From: Minisyncoccota bacterium
Lineage (GTDB): Bacteria; Patescibacteriota; Minisyncoccia; Phycocordibacterales; UBA2100
Direction of reading: 5' to 3'
Assembly: GCA_031291875.1 (NCBI GenBank)
Contig: JARLIE010000112.1
Span: 114-64,113, forward strand
DNA length: 64,000 bases
Shown: positions 1 to 7,523 of the stretch, one piece after another
Layout: every line of letters begins with the position of its first letter
How positions within the stretch are numbered: position 1 is the stretch's first letter
The notes under the pieces: generated by a model
The model's database searches: none
What the model was told of the DNA's origin: nothing
The model's input: only the letters and a program-made list of their open reading frames with translations
Made by a program: the position numbers and the translations under genes

Positions 1-2
1 CG

Positions 3-245
3 GTCTACCACTTCGTCTGGCACCGTTTTGCGGATGAAATTATCGAAGAATCGAAACCAATCCTCAAAGGCGAGGATCAAGCGTCGAAAGACAGCCGAGC
101 TGCCGCGCTCTACCAGATCCTCCTGGTATCATTGAAACTACTCCACCCGTTTATGCCGTACGTGACCGAATCTATCTGGCAGGAATTGCCGCGAAAAGAC
201 ACTGACGCGCTCATGGTCTCCTTGTGGCCCGAGCACAACCTATGA
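3..245 (+). CDS. valS: Valyl-tRNA synthetase, C-terminal fragment (5' end off window)
   Basis: The frame-3 translation ...VYHFVWHRFADEIIE...LKLLHPFMPYVTESIWQELP matches the class I aaRS anticodon-binding region, and LHPFMPFITEE-like is typical of ValRS. It ends at TGA 243-245, overlapping the next start (ATGA). Confidence 0.55.
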   Translation, partial: VYHFVWHRFADEIIEESKPILKGEDQASKDSRAAALYQILLVSLKLLHPFMPYVTESIWQELPRKDTDALMVSLWPEHNL

Positions 246-964
246 TCGATTGGTCGACACTCATCCTCGCTGTTTGCGCCGGATTCTTCCCGGCACTCGC
301 GTGGCTCTGGTTTTGGCTTCGCGAAGACAGCGAGCATCCCGAGCCGCGCCGTTTGATCGCACTCGCCTTTGCCGGCGGCATGGTCATGATCGCGGTCGTA
401 ATCCCGATCGAGGAATACGTGCAGACGCTTCCCCTCTTTGTCGCCTCGCAAATCCTGCTCCTCACCGCATGGGCCGGCATTGAAGAATTTTGCAAATACC
501 TCGCTGCTCGAACACTCGTATTGTGGCGCCGCGAAGATGACGAACCGATCGACCCGGTCATCTATATGGTGACGACCGCACTCGGCTTTTCAGCGGTCGA
601 AAACGCGTTGTTTCTCGCCTCGCCACTGGGCGGCGGCACGTTGCTCGCGACAATCCAAACCGGCGATCTGCGATTCGTCGGCGCAACGCTCGTGCACGTC
701 CTTTCCTCATCGGTTATCGGTCTCATGCTCGGCATCACGTTTTATGATCGCCGCAAATGGATGCGCCCGTACGCAGTCACACTTGGAGTTATCCTCGCCA
801 CGCTTTTGCATGGAGCTTTCAATTTCTTTATACTGAATGCAGGATCGCAGCAAACGATCCTCGTGCTCACGTTCGTGTGGGGTGGAGTCATACTGCTCTT
901 GGCCGCACTCGAATGGATCAAGCGTATTCGACCTCGAGCGCAAGGTGCACAAAACTTCAACTAA
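242..964 (+). CDS. PrsW-family intramembrane metalloprotease (alternative start 224)
   Basis: Polytopic membrane protein with the PrsW motifs EEFCKY (EExxK), FSAVENALF and HVLSS. The ATG at 242 overlaps the valS stop. Confidence 0.7.
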   Translation: MIDWSTLILAVCAGFFPALAWLWFWLREDSEHPEPRRLIALAFAGGMVMIAVVIPIEEYVQTLPLFVASQILLLTAWAGIEEFCKYLAARTLVLWRREDDEPIDPVIYMVTTALGFSAVENALFLASPLGGGTLLATIQTGDLRFVGATLVHVLSSSVIGLMLGITFYDRRKWMRPYAVTLGVILATLLHGAFNFFILNAGSQQTILVLTFVWGGVILLLAALEWIKRIRPRAQGAQNFN

Positions 965-994
965 TCTTCATGGGTAATCGGTGAAACTATTTCT

Positions 995-1489
995 ATGGCA
1001 AAAGGAGGATTCTTTTCAAAACTAACTGGTAAGACGGAAGACTACGGCGACTACCTCGACGAGCTTGAGGGGGCGCACGCGAAATTCGAAGGCACCGGCG
1101 CAGAGCGTCACGCACATATCTCCACGCGCGATGAAGACTGGAAGCCGCAAGAAGATCCGGGAGGTGAATTGGCCGTCGACGTGTACCAAACCAACGACGC
1201 GATCGTCGTTAAGGCTTTCATTGCCGGCGTACAACCAACAACCATCGACATTTCCCTCACCCGCGAAATGCTCACGATCTCAGGCCAACGCCAAGACGAG
1301 CGCGAAGTCGAAGAAGAAGACTACTATCAGAAGGAGCTCTTTTGGGGCTCGTTCTCACGCACCATTCTCCTTCCGGAGGAGGTCGATGTCGACCTCGCCG
1401 AAGCCTCCGAAAAGCACGGTATTTTGATGATCCGTTTGCCGAAGATCAACAAGGGCAAACAAACAAAGCTTAAGGTAAGAAGCCGTTAG
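995..1489 (+). CDS. Hsp20/alpha-crystallin small heat-shock protein
   Basis: Alpha-crystallin domain signature: AVDVYQT..IVVKA..AGV....IDISL..LTISGQR.....F.R...LP..VD...A....GIL.I.LPK. Confidence 0.85.
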   Translation: MAKGGFFSKLTGKTEDYGDYLDELEGAHAKFEGTGAERHAHISTRDEDWKPQEDPGGELAVDVYQTNDAIVVKAFIAGVQPTTIDISLTREMLTISGQRQDEREVEEEDYYQKELFWGSFSRTILLPEEVDVDLAEASEKHGILMIRLPKINKGKQTKLKVRSR

Positions 1490-2367
1490 TCCTCGAGAAG
1501 TCCGAGGCGATACACATCGAAGGAATTCTCTCCTTCAAACATATCCGACGGATTCGGAAGGTAGAGGCGGGGGCGTGAGATCTCGTCCGTCGCATCTTTG
1601 AGCAGCCGGTGGAAGACTTTAAAATCCTCGGCGCATTCTTGATAATCGATCACATAGCGTTTGAGTTGCGGCGAGCCGTCAGCGTTGCGCGATTTTTTGC
1701 ATTCATAAATCATGAATCGGCGCACCGGCTTCCCAAACGCTTCCTTAACCGTGTAGTAATTGAAAAGCGCCTGCATCACAAATAGCGTCTTACTCCCTTT
1801 CTGTTTACTAAATTGATCGACGAACTTATGGTCGACGATATCGACGCTTCCCTTTTCGAGTTTGGACTCGACGACGAGATCTGAGATCGCCTTGACCGGA
1901 AGCGGCAAGCCCTCCACCTTGGCCATGCCCGAGAACTCGACACCAAGCACAGTGTGTTTTGGCGGCTTTTCGAGATAGAAATTGATGACCTGCAAGTATT
2001 CCCGTTCCATGCTCGCGCGTTTCGCTTTCTTTGCCGCTTTTGATTTGGCCTTGCCGAAGTTGATGTCGAAATCCGCCGTATCGCGCAAATACTCGAGCCC
2101 AAGTTCGATCGAACCGTCTTTGCCGATGCCCGAATAAAAGTGCTGCAGGGCAAGGTGCGCCGAGCTTCCGATGACGGAAGCCGGATTGCGCGGCGTATCG
2201 TAGATTTTTTCTACATAACGCTTGTACCACGCTAAGGGATTGCGCAGCAGGGCCATCAGTGAAGAGTGGCTCCAGTACTTGATTGGGTACTGCGGTGTGA
2301 GCGCTGCAACTTCAGCGTCGTGCTTCCATTGCTCGAGATCGCTACGAATCTTGGAGGGCACTGCCAT
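1486..2367 (-). CDS. RecB/Cas4-like PD-(D/E)XK nuclease, stand-alone, no Fe-S Cys cluster
   Basis: Motifs SHSSLxxxxxNPxxWYxxY (motif I), ISDLVVE plus VDIVDHK (D...D/ExK), and QALFNYY (QxxxY). Confidence 0.5.
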   Translation of the reverse strand: MAVPSKIRSDLEQWKHDAEVAALTPQYPIKYWSHSSLMALLRNPLAWYKRYVEKIYDTPRNPASVIGSSAHLALQHFYSGIGKDGSIELGLEYLRDTADFDINFGKAKSKAAKKAKRASMEREYLQVINFYLEKPPKHTVLGVEFSGMAKVEGLPLPVKAISDLVVESKLEKGSVDIVDHKFVDQFSKQKGSKTLFVMQALFNYYTVKEAFGKPVRRFMIYECKKSRNADGSPQLKRYVIDYQECAEDFKVFHRLLKDATDEISRPRLYLPNPSDMFEGENSFDVYRLGLLED

Positions 2368-2437
2368 GGCAAAAGTATACCAGCCGCAGCAAGCGGCGCT
2401 TCATCAGGGCTTTTTTGGCCTATGCTATAGTTAATTC

Positions 2438-2959
2438 ATGAAAACAACGACGCTCGCGTGGATCGCTGGCATATTGCTAATCCTGGTTGGTGGCTGGTAC
2501 GTGTGGATGCAAAGCGCACTCCCCGCTCCCCAGCAAGCAGCGATCACGAGCACTACGTCGCCCGACACCTCGAGCAGTACATCGGACCAGAGCACGAGCA
2601 GTCCCAATACAATCCAAAATAATCTTACGCTCGGCACCGATGCTACCTCGACGCTCGGTACCTACCTCATCGGCTACAACGGCATGACGCTCTACGCGTA
2701 TTCAAAAGATTCCACGGGGACGAGCACTTGCTACGACAAATGCTCCGAAACTTGGCCTCCCTATATCGTACCCAACGGCATGCAGCTCAACATCCAATCC
2801 GGCGTAACCGGGGCAAAGGCAGGCACCATCACGCGGGCCGACGGTACTGTCCAAGTTACCTACAATGGCAAACCGCTGTACTTCTACAACGGCGACGTAA
2901 GTTCGGGAGACGTGACGGGCGAAAGCGTCGGCAATCTCTGGCGCGTAGTTAAGCCATAA
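2438..2959 (+). CDS. Secreted/lipoprotein of the 'Yx[FWY]xxD secreted repeat' family (COG4315-like)
   Basis: N-terminal TM/signal peptide and an S/T-rich linker. Two repeats match the family motif: GMTLYAYSKDSTG...CYDKCSETWPP and GKPLYFYNGDVSSGDVTGE...WRVV. Confidence 0.6.
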   Translation: MKTTTLAWIAGILLILVGGWYVWMQSALPAPQQAAITSTTSPDTSSSTSDQSTSSPNTIQNNLTLGTDATSTLGTYLIGYNGMTLYAYSKDSTGTSTCYDKCSETWPPYIVPNGMQLNIQSGVTGAKAGTITRADGTVQVTYNGKPLYFYNGDVSSGDVTGESVGNLWRVVKP

Positions 2960-3025
2960 AAACCACTGAAAGCAAGCGACACCGGTTACGTCTTCATGAT
3001 GTTAGGAGCTCATAATAACTAAACC

Positions 3026-3337
3026 ATGCTTCTCTCTCTTATCGTCGGCATTATTCTCGGGGCCATCGCAGTCGTGTTCGCGTTTCAAAACGTAGCGGTC
3101 GTCACGGTAAGTTTCTTTACCTGGCAAATCAGCGCTTCGCTCGCCATCGTGATCTTGGGCTCCATACTTTGCGGTATTGTCCTTACGCTCCTTGTGCTCT
3201 TGCCGAGCGTTATTCGCGATGAAATCTTTGTGGCGACACTCAAGCGTCAAAAGCGAGATCTTGAAAACCAGCTCGCTCAAACGCGAACTCCGCAGCCCGC
3301 TGCGGCTCCGGCCGGGAACGTCGCGTCCTCGATTTGA
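3026..3337 (+). CDS. LapA/DUF1049-like small inner-membrane protein
   Basis: 103 aa with two TM helices followed by a charged coiled tail (KRQKRDLENQLAQ), the typical LapA-domain architecture. Confidence 0.45.
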   Translation: MLLSLIVGIILGAIAVVFAFQNVAVVTVSFFTWQISASLAIVILGSILCGIVLTLLVLLPSVIRDEIFVATLKRQKRDLENQLAQTRTPQPAAAPAGNVASSI

Positions 3338-3392
3338 TTTCTTCTCGCTTCGGGTATACCGTGGAACCAGCCTAACCAAAAAGGAGGTAGCC

Positions 3393-3803
3393 ATGACCAC
3401 CTGTACCGTTCTTGGCGTTGGGATCTCTAGCTTCGCTCGCGAACAGATTGTCGCGTCTATACACAATGGGTTCGTGCGTCGAGGCCGGACCTGGAATACG
3501 AGCGAGCTGAGGATCGCGGAAAATTGCGAGGAAGCGGTGTCTCTCGCGAGGTCGCATCAGCTCGACGTCGTGCATTTTTGCAACCAAACCGGCATCAAGC
3601 CGTTGCGGTATTCACACAAGTGCGAACAGTTGGCAGCGCTCTTCGAGCTCTATCACGAGCCACCGCTCCTATGTTCGATGGACTACCCGCTGCTGCAGCG
3701 GCTCACGCCAACGTTCGTGCGTCATAACATGCTGATTCGGCACTGTGATCTGAGTGACGGTATTTACCAAAGCTATATACGGCGGCGTCAGAAGACCGCG
3801 TAA
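3393..3803 (+). CDS. Hypothetical protein (136 aa)
   Basis: ATG is 6 nt after a consensus SD (AAAGGAGG). The longer track ORF 3177..3803 is an upstream extension in the same frame. It is followed by a hairpin terminator. No recognisable domain; the N-terminus VLGVGISSF..EQIV is only vaguely WecB/TagA-like. Confidence 0.45.
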   Translation: MTTCTVLGVGISSFAREQIVASIHNGFVRRGRTWNTSELRIAENCEEAVSLARSHQLDVVHFCNQTGIKPLRYSHKCEQLAALFELYHEPPLLCSMDYPLLQRLTPTFVRHNMLIRHCDLSDGIYQSYIRRRQKTA

Positions 3804-3861
3804 CCTGATTTTTCCTCTACGCGACGATCTGAGTGTGAATGGGCATCATTCACACGCGAAA

Positions 3862-3900
3862 CTAAAAGGCCCCGAACATCGGGGCCTTTCGTTTTTGTCT
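3862..3900. terminator. Bidirectional rho-independent terminator (GGCCCCGaacatCGGGGCC, A-tract 5', T-tract 3')
   Basis: A perfect 7-bp GC stem flanked by aaaa and tttcgttttt. It serves the + strand gene ending 3803 and the - strand rpoD ending 3900. Confidence 0.7.
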
Positions 3901-5141
3901 TAGTAGCTGCGCAGCTGCTTCGCGCGTTCGTGGAAGCGGATGCGTTCGAGGGCTTTTGCCTCGATCTGGCGGATACGCTCGCGAGTAACGCCGAATTCGC
4001 GACCCACTTCTTCAAGGGTGTAGCAGATGCCTTCGTCGGTGAGACCATTGCGCATTTCGAGGATCTTTCGCTCTTTGGGCGAAAGCTCATCGAGAATGTT
4101 CATCATCTGCTCGGAGAGGATGCGACGGGAAGCGTCCTGATCTGGCGAGGCAATCGTTTCGTCGGCGATGAAGCTGCCAAGCGTCGAGCGCTCGTCGTCG
4201 TCTTCGCCTACCGGGCTCTCGAGCGAAACGGTGTCTTGATTGATCTTTTGGATGGTGTAAATCTTGTCGACTTCAATACCCATTTCAGCGGCGATTTCTT
4301 CCGGAAGCGGGTCGCGGCCGAGGTGCTGCGAGAGTTCGCGAACCTTTTGCTTGTATTTCGCGATAGTTTCCACCATATGCACCGGGATTCGGATGGTGCG
4401 AGATTGGTCGGCCAAAGCGCGAGTGATGGCCTGGCGGATCCACCAGGTAGCGTAAGTCGAGAATTTGTAACCCTTGGTGTAGTCGAATTTGTCCACCGCC
4501 TTGAAGAGGCCCAGGTTGCCTTCCTGGATGAGGTCGAGGAGCGTAAGGTCCGGAGAGCGGTTGACGTATTTCTTCGCGATGGAAACGACCAAGCGGAGGT
4601 TGGAACGAGCAAGGATGCCACGGGCCTCATCGTCGCCGTCGACGATGCGCTTTGCGAGCGTCTTTTCTTGTTCGCCGTTGAGGAGTGGATACTGACCAAT
4701 TTCGCGTAGATACATTTGGACGGAATCGTAGTTGGAGTCGGAGCGGCGATTCTGGAGTTTTTTGCTTGCGAGGATCGCGTCTGCGGAGTCATCGCCAAGC
4801 ATGCCACCTCCCTCGAGGACGTCGATTCCGGCAGCGCTAAAGCGCTCGTACATATCTTCGAGCAGCGTCATGTTGTCTTCGATTGTCGGGAATTCGCGGA
4901 GGATCTCGTCGAACGTGATATAGCCGCGTTCGCGACCGAGCTTGATCAACGATTCAACTTTGTCCTGGGTCTTCCCTTGAATCAACGACTTCCCTTTCGC
5001 GGCCGGGCGAGCGACGGCTTTTTTTGCAGTTCCGCGCGTAGCGCGAGAGGACGCCGTGCGACGTTTGGTTGTAGAAGTTGCGCTAGCGGCTTTCACACGC
5101 TTTATGCTCTTCTTTTTCGCCTGTTTTTTTGATGAAGCCAT
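3900..5141 (-). CDS. rpoD: RNA polymerase sigma-70 factor RpoD (ATG at 5141; the track ORF extends to a GTG at 5225)
   Basis: Regions 1.2 to 4 are present: [46 protein letters not shown] and [24 protein letters not shown]. There is a basic low-complexity N-terminus. It sits downstream of dnaG, the classic dnaG-rpoD arrangement. Confidence 0.9.
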   Translation of the reverse strand: MASSKKQAKKKSIKRVKAASATSTTKRRTASSRATRGTAKKAVARPAAKGKSLIQGKTQDKVESLIKLGRERGYITFDEILREFPTIEDNMTLLEDMYERFSAAGIDVLEGGGMLGDDSADAILASKKLQNRRSDSNYDSVQMYLREIGQYPLLNGEQEKTLAKRIVDGDDEARGILARSNLRLVVSIAKKYVNRSPDLTLLDLIQEGNLGLFKAVDKFDYTKGYKFSTYATWWIRQAITRALADQSRTIRIPVHMVETIAKYKQKVRELSQHLGRDPLPEEIAAEMGIEVDKIYTIQKINQDTVSLESPVGEDDDERSTLGSFIADETIASPDQDASRRILSEQMMNILDELSPKERKILEMRNGLTDEGICYTLEEVGREFGVTRERIRQIEAKALERIRFHERAKQLRSY

Positions 5142-5275
5142 AAAAAATTTTTGACCGCAAGAGAAAGCTGCCCCGAATCTTCGGAGGCCGCTTTTCTGGG
5201 GTGTTTTGTCTTTACTACTCACCACGAGGCCCCTTTATTTCATAGATGGACCTTCCCCGCGACAAGTAATTGGCT

Positions 5276-5304
5276 ATAGTACTCCTCTCTTGACAAAAGT
5301 GCAA
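5276..5304 (-). promoter_or_regulatory. Putative sigma-70 promoter of rpoD (TTGCAC-17-TACTAT) inside the dnaG-rpoD spacer
   Basis: On the minus strand, the -35 TTGCAC and -10 TACTAT are separated by 17 nt. Three CCTGTG repeats lie just upstream at ~5315-5344. Confidence 0.45.
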
Positions 5305-5344
5305 CTTCTCTCTTCACAGGTTATGCACAGGACTTATACACAGG

Positions 5345-6979
5345 TTATTCACCTTCCTCTACCTTGCTGAGTTTCTCGTACAGCTCTGCCGAGCGCTTCT
5401 TCCCTTGCACCTGCCGCAGCAGGAGCTCCCAGTCTTCGGATAACGAGCGGCTTTTGCCGTGCGCCCGCTCCCCCTCAAATCGTAATATTTCTTTTTCTTG
5501 TTCGGGGAGTTGTTCGAGTGCTTTAAAAATTTCTGCACCCGTCGCGTCATGCAGCTCTTGTTCAAACTGCAATACGTCGACGGCAGGCTTCTCAAGCGAG
5601 CGTTGCCAAAGCAAAAGCGCGTAGGCTTGCTTAACCCGGTCAGTCTTTTGTGTAGCAACTCGAGGTACCGCTTCATGCGTGGGCGCGCTTTGCGGTACAC
5701 GAGCGACTTTGCCGAGCGCTTCATTGACCGCCGATTCGGAAACCTTCAATCGAGCCGCAATCTCGCGAGCGTACTGCTCGCGCGCGATCGGTGAACTCAC
5801 GTCGGAGAGAAAAGGTAGCACGGCAATTTCGACCGAACGGCGGAAGTTGTCCGGACTTTTGGCGTGTTCTTCGAGTACATCGAGCAGGAACGTAATAATG
5901 TCTTTGGATTCGCGGATCGCTTTTTTCCATGCATCGGGACCTTCCTTGAGAATGAGATCGGCGGGATCCATGCCACTGGGCAAGCGGGCTACTTTTACAT
6001 TGAGTCCACCCTGGAGGGCGGCACGGGCGGCCCTGCTTGCAGCCTTAATGCCCGCCTCGTCCGCATCGAGCGCGATCACCAAATTATCGGTCATTCGACG
6101 GATGAGCTGGGCATGTTCTTGGGTAAAGGCGGTGCCGGAAACAGCAACCGTGTTACCCCATCCCGCCTGGTGCGACAGTAGAAGGTCGACCTGGCCTTCG
6201 ACCAATACGGCACAGGAAAGCTTGCGCATCGAGAGCTTCGCCTTATCAAAGCCGTACAAAATCCGTGATTTATGGAAGAGCGGCGTTTCGGGCGAGTTCA
6301 AATATTTGGGAGCTTCCGGCGAGGCATTCTCACCGAAAATTCGGCCCGAAAAGCCGACCACTCGGCCCGCAGAATCCGCAATCGGAAACATGATTCGGTT
6401 GCGGAATTTGTCGAGAATGCCGCGATCGCCTTTCTTGCCAACCCCGGCTTCGACGATCTCCCTGTCGGTAAAGCCTTTTTGCTTGAGCTGGTCGCTCGCG
6501 TCGGTCCAGCCGGATCCGGCAAGTCCTAAGCGAAATTCGCGAATGGTCGAATCCGTTATTCCGCGCTCGCGTAAGTACTGCTTCGCGTCGTCCGAAAGTC
6601 GCGAAGTATAAAAAATAGCGGTTGTTTCCAGAAGCTCGAATAGACGTTCGCGCTCGTCCTTGCTGCCTTGGCCCGCACCTGTCGAGTGGCCGCGCTCGTA
6701 GACAATCTCCACGCCCGCTTTGTCGGCGAGGACCTTGAGTGCGCCCCTGAAATCGAGTCCTTCAATCTTTTCGACAAAGGTAAAAATATCGCCGCCTTCG
6801 CCGCAGCCAAAACAGTGATATGTGCCGCGATCCGCCGAAACGAAAAACGACGGGGTTTTCTCGGCATGGAAGGGGCACCGGGCGCGCAGCGTGGTACCGG
6901 CCCTATCGAGCTTCACGTACTGCGAAACCACGTCGACGATTGAAAGCCTGTCTTTGATTTGCTGGACCGTATCGCTCAT
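5345..6979 (-). CDS. dnaG: DNA primase DnaG
   Basis: CHC2 zinc finger (CPFHAEKTPSF...HCFGCGEGGD), Toprim region (VLVEGQVDLL...ALDADEAG), and a C-terminal helicase-interaction region. Confidence 0.95.
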   Translation of the reverse strand: MSDTVQQIKDRLSIVDVVSQYVKLDRAGTTLRARCPFHAEKTPSFFVSADRGTYHCFGCGEGGDIFTFVEKIEGLDFRGALKVLADKAGVEIVYERGHSTGAGQGSKDERERLFELLETTAIFYTSRLSDDAKQYLRERGITDSTIREFRLGLAGSGWTDASDQLKQKGFTDREIVEAGVGKKGDRGILDKFRNRIMFPIADSAGRVVGFSGRIFGENASPEAPKYLNSPETPLFHKSRILYGFDKAKLSMRKLSCAVLVEGQVDLLLSHQAGWGNTVAVSGTAFTQEHAQLIRRMTDNLVIALDADEAGIKAASRAARAALQGGLNVKVARLPSGMDPADLILKEGPDAWKKAIRESKDIITFLLDVLEEHAKSPDNFRRSVEIAVLPFLSDVSSPIAREQYAREIAARLKVSESAVNEALGKVARVPQSAPTHEAVPRVATQKTDRVKQAYALLLWQRSLEKPAVDVLQFEQELHDATGAEIFKALEQLPEQEKEILRFEGERAHGKSRSLSEDWELLLRQVQGKKRSAELYEKLSKVEEGE

Positions 6980-7113
6980 ACCTAGTCATTATGCTCCTTT
7001 CGAAAAAGAAAGCGAAAACCGACGTCTTGACTTCTTTTGGAGTGCTGCCATATTTTGCCTTAGACCGTCTTCCGACGTGACCTAGAGCGAAAATTCCTAC
7101 CGAGGAGGGTTCG

Positions 7114-7371
7114 ATGAGATACGGTATGTATGACGATGACGAAAGTGAAGCGGCACGAAAATTCCTTCGCGAAATGAAGCTCTCACCGAGAGAATGCGAC
7201 GTGGTACTGGGGGTGACGCTTCAAGATCTCACCAATCGAGAAATTGGAGAAAACCTCGGTTTGAGCAAACGAACCATTGAGACACATCGGGAGCACGCGC
7301 TCAGAAAACTGGGCATTCATGGCACCGTTGATCTTTGTAAATTCGTGTTTATTGGAATTGCTCCAAAATAA
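7114..7371 (+). CDS. Stand-alone LuxR/GerE-type HTH transcription regulator (85 aa)
   Basis: LSPRECDVVLGVTLQDLTNREIGENLGLSKRTIETHREHALRKLG matches the LuxR_C HTH. It has its own promoter-like TTGACT-16-CATATT and SD GAGGAGGG upstream, and a hairpin terminator downstream. Confidence 0.7.
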   Translation: MRYGMYDDDESEAARKFLREMKLSPRECDVVLGVTLQDLTNREIGENLGLSKRTIETHREHALRKLGIHGTVDLCKFVFIGIAPK

Positions 7372-7399
7372 TCTGCGAACTGATCACCACTGATCGATG

Positions 7400-7505
7400 A
7401 GCGGGCGACACTGTCGCCCGTTTCGATTTATATACAAAACAATTTCCGAGCGTAATTTTCAGCAGACAAATACGAAAAAGGTCGCCAAAAATGGCGACCT
7501 TTTTC
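7400..7505. terminator. Two convergent hairpin terminators between the luxR-like gene (+) and rpoC (-)
   Basis: GGGCGACActgTCGCCC followed by GTTTCGATTT on the plus strand, and GGTCGCCAaaaaTGGCGACC followed by TTTTTCGTATTTG on the minus strand. Confidence 0.6.
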
Positions 7506-7523
7506 AGCGTAACCCTGTAGAAC

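Noticed and set aside
3177-3803. Track ORFs extended far upstream of the likely start (3177..3803, 52518..53861, 26278..28329, 21610..22386, 31942..32646, 32962..33489)
   Set aside because: Homology begins only at internal start codons with good SDs (3393, 53504, 26584, 22206, 32373, 33408). The upstream parts overlap neighbouring genes or promoters.
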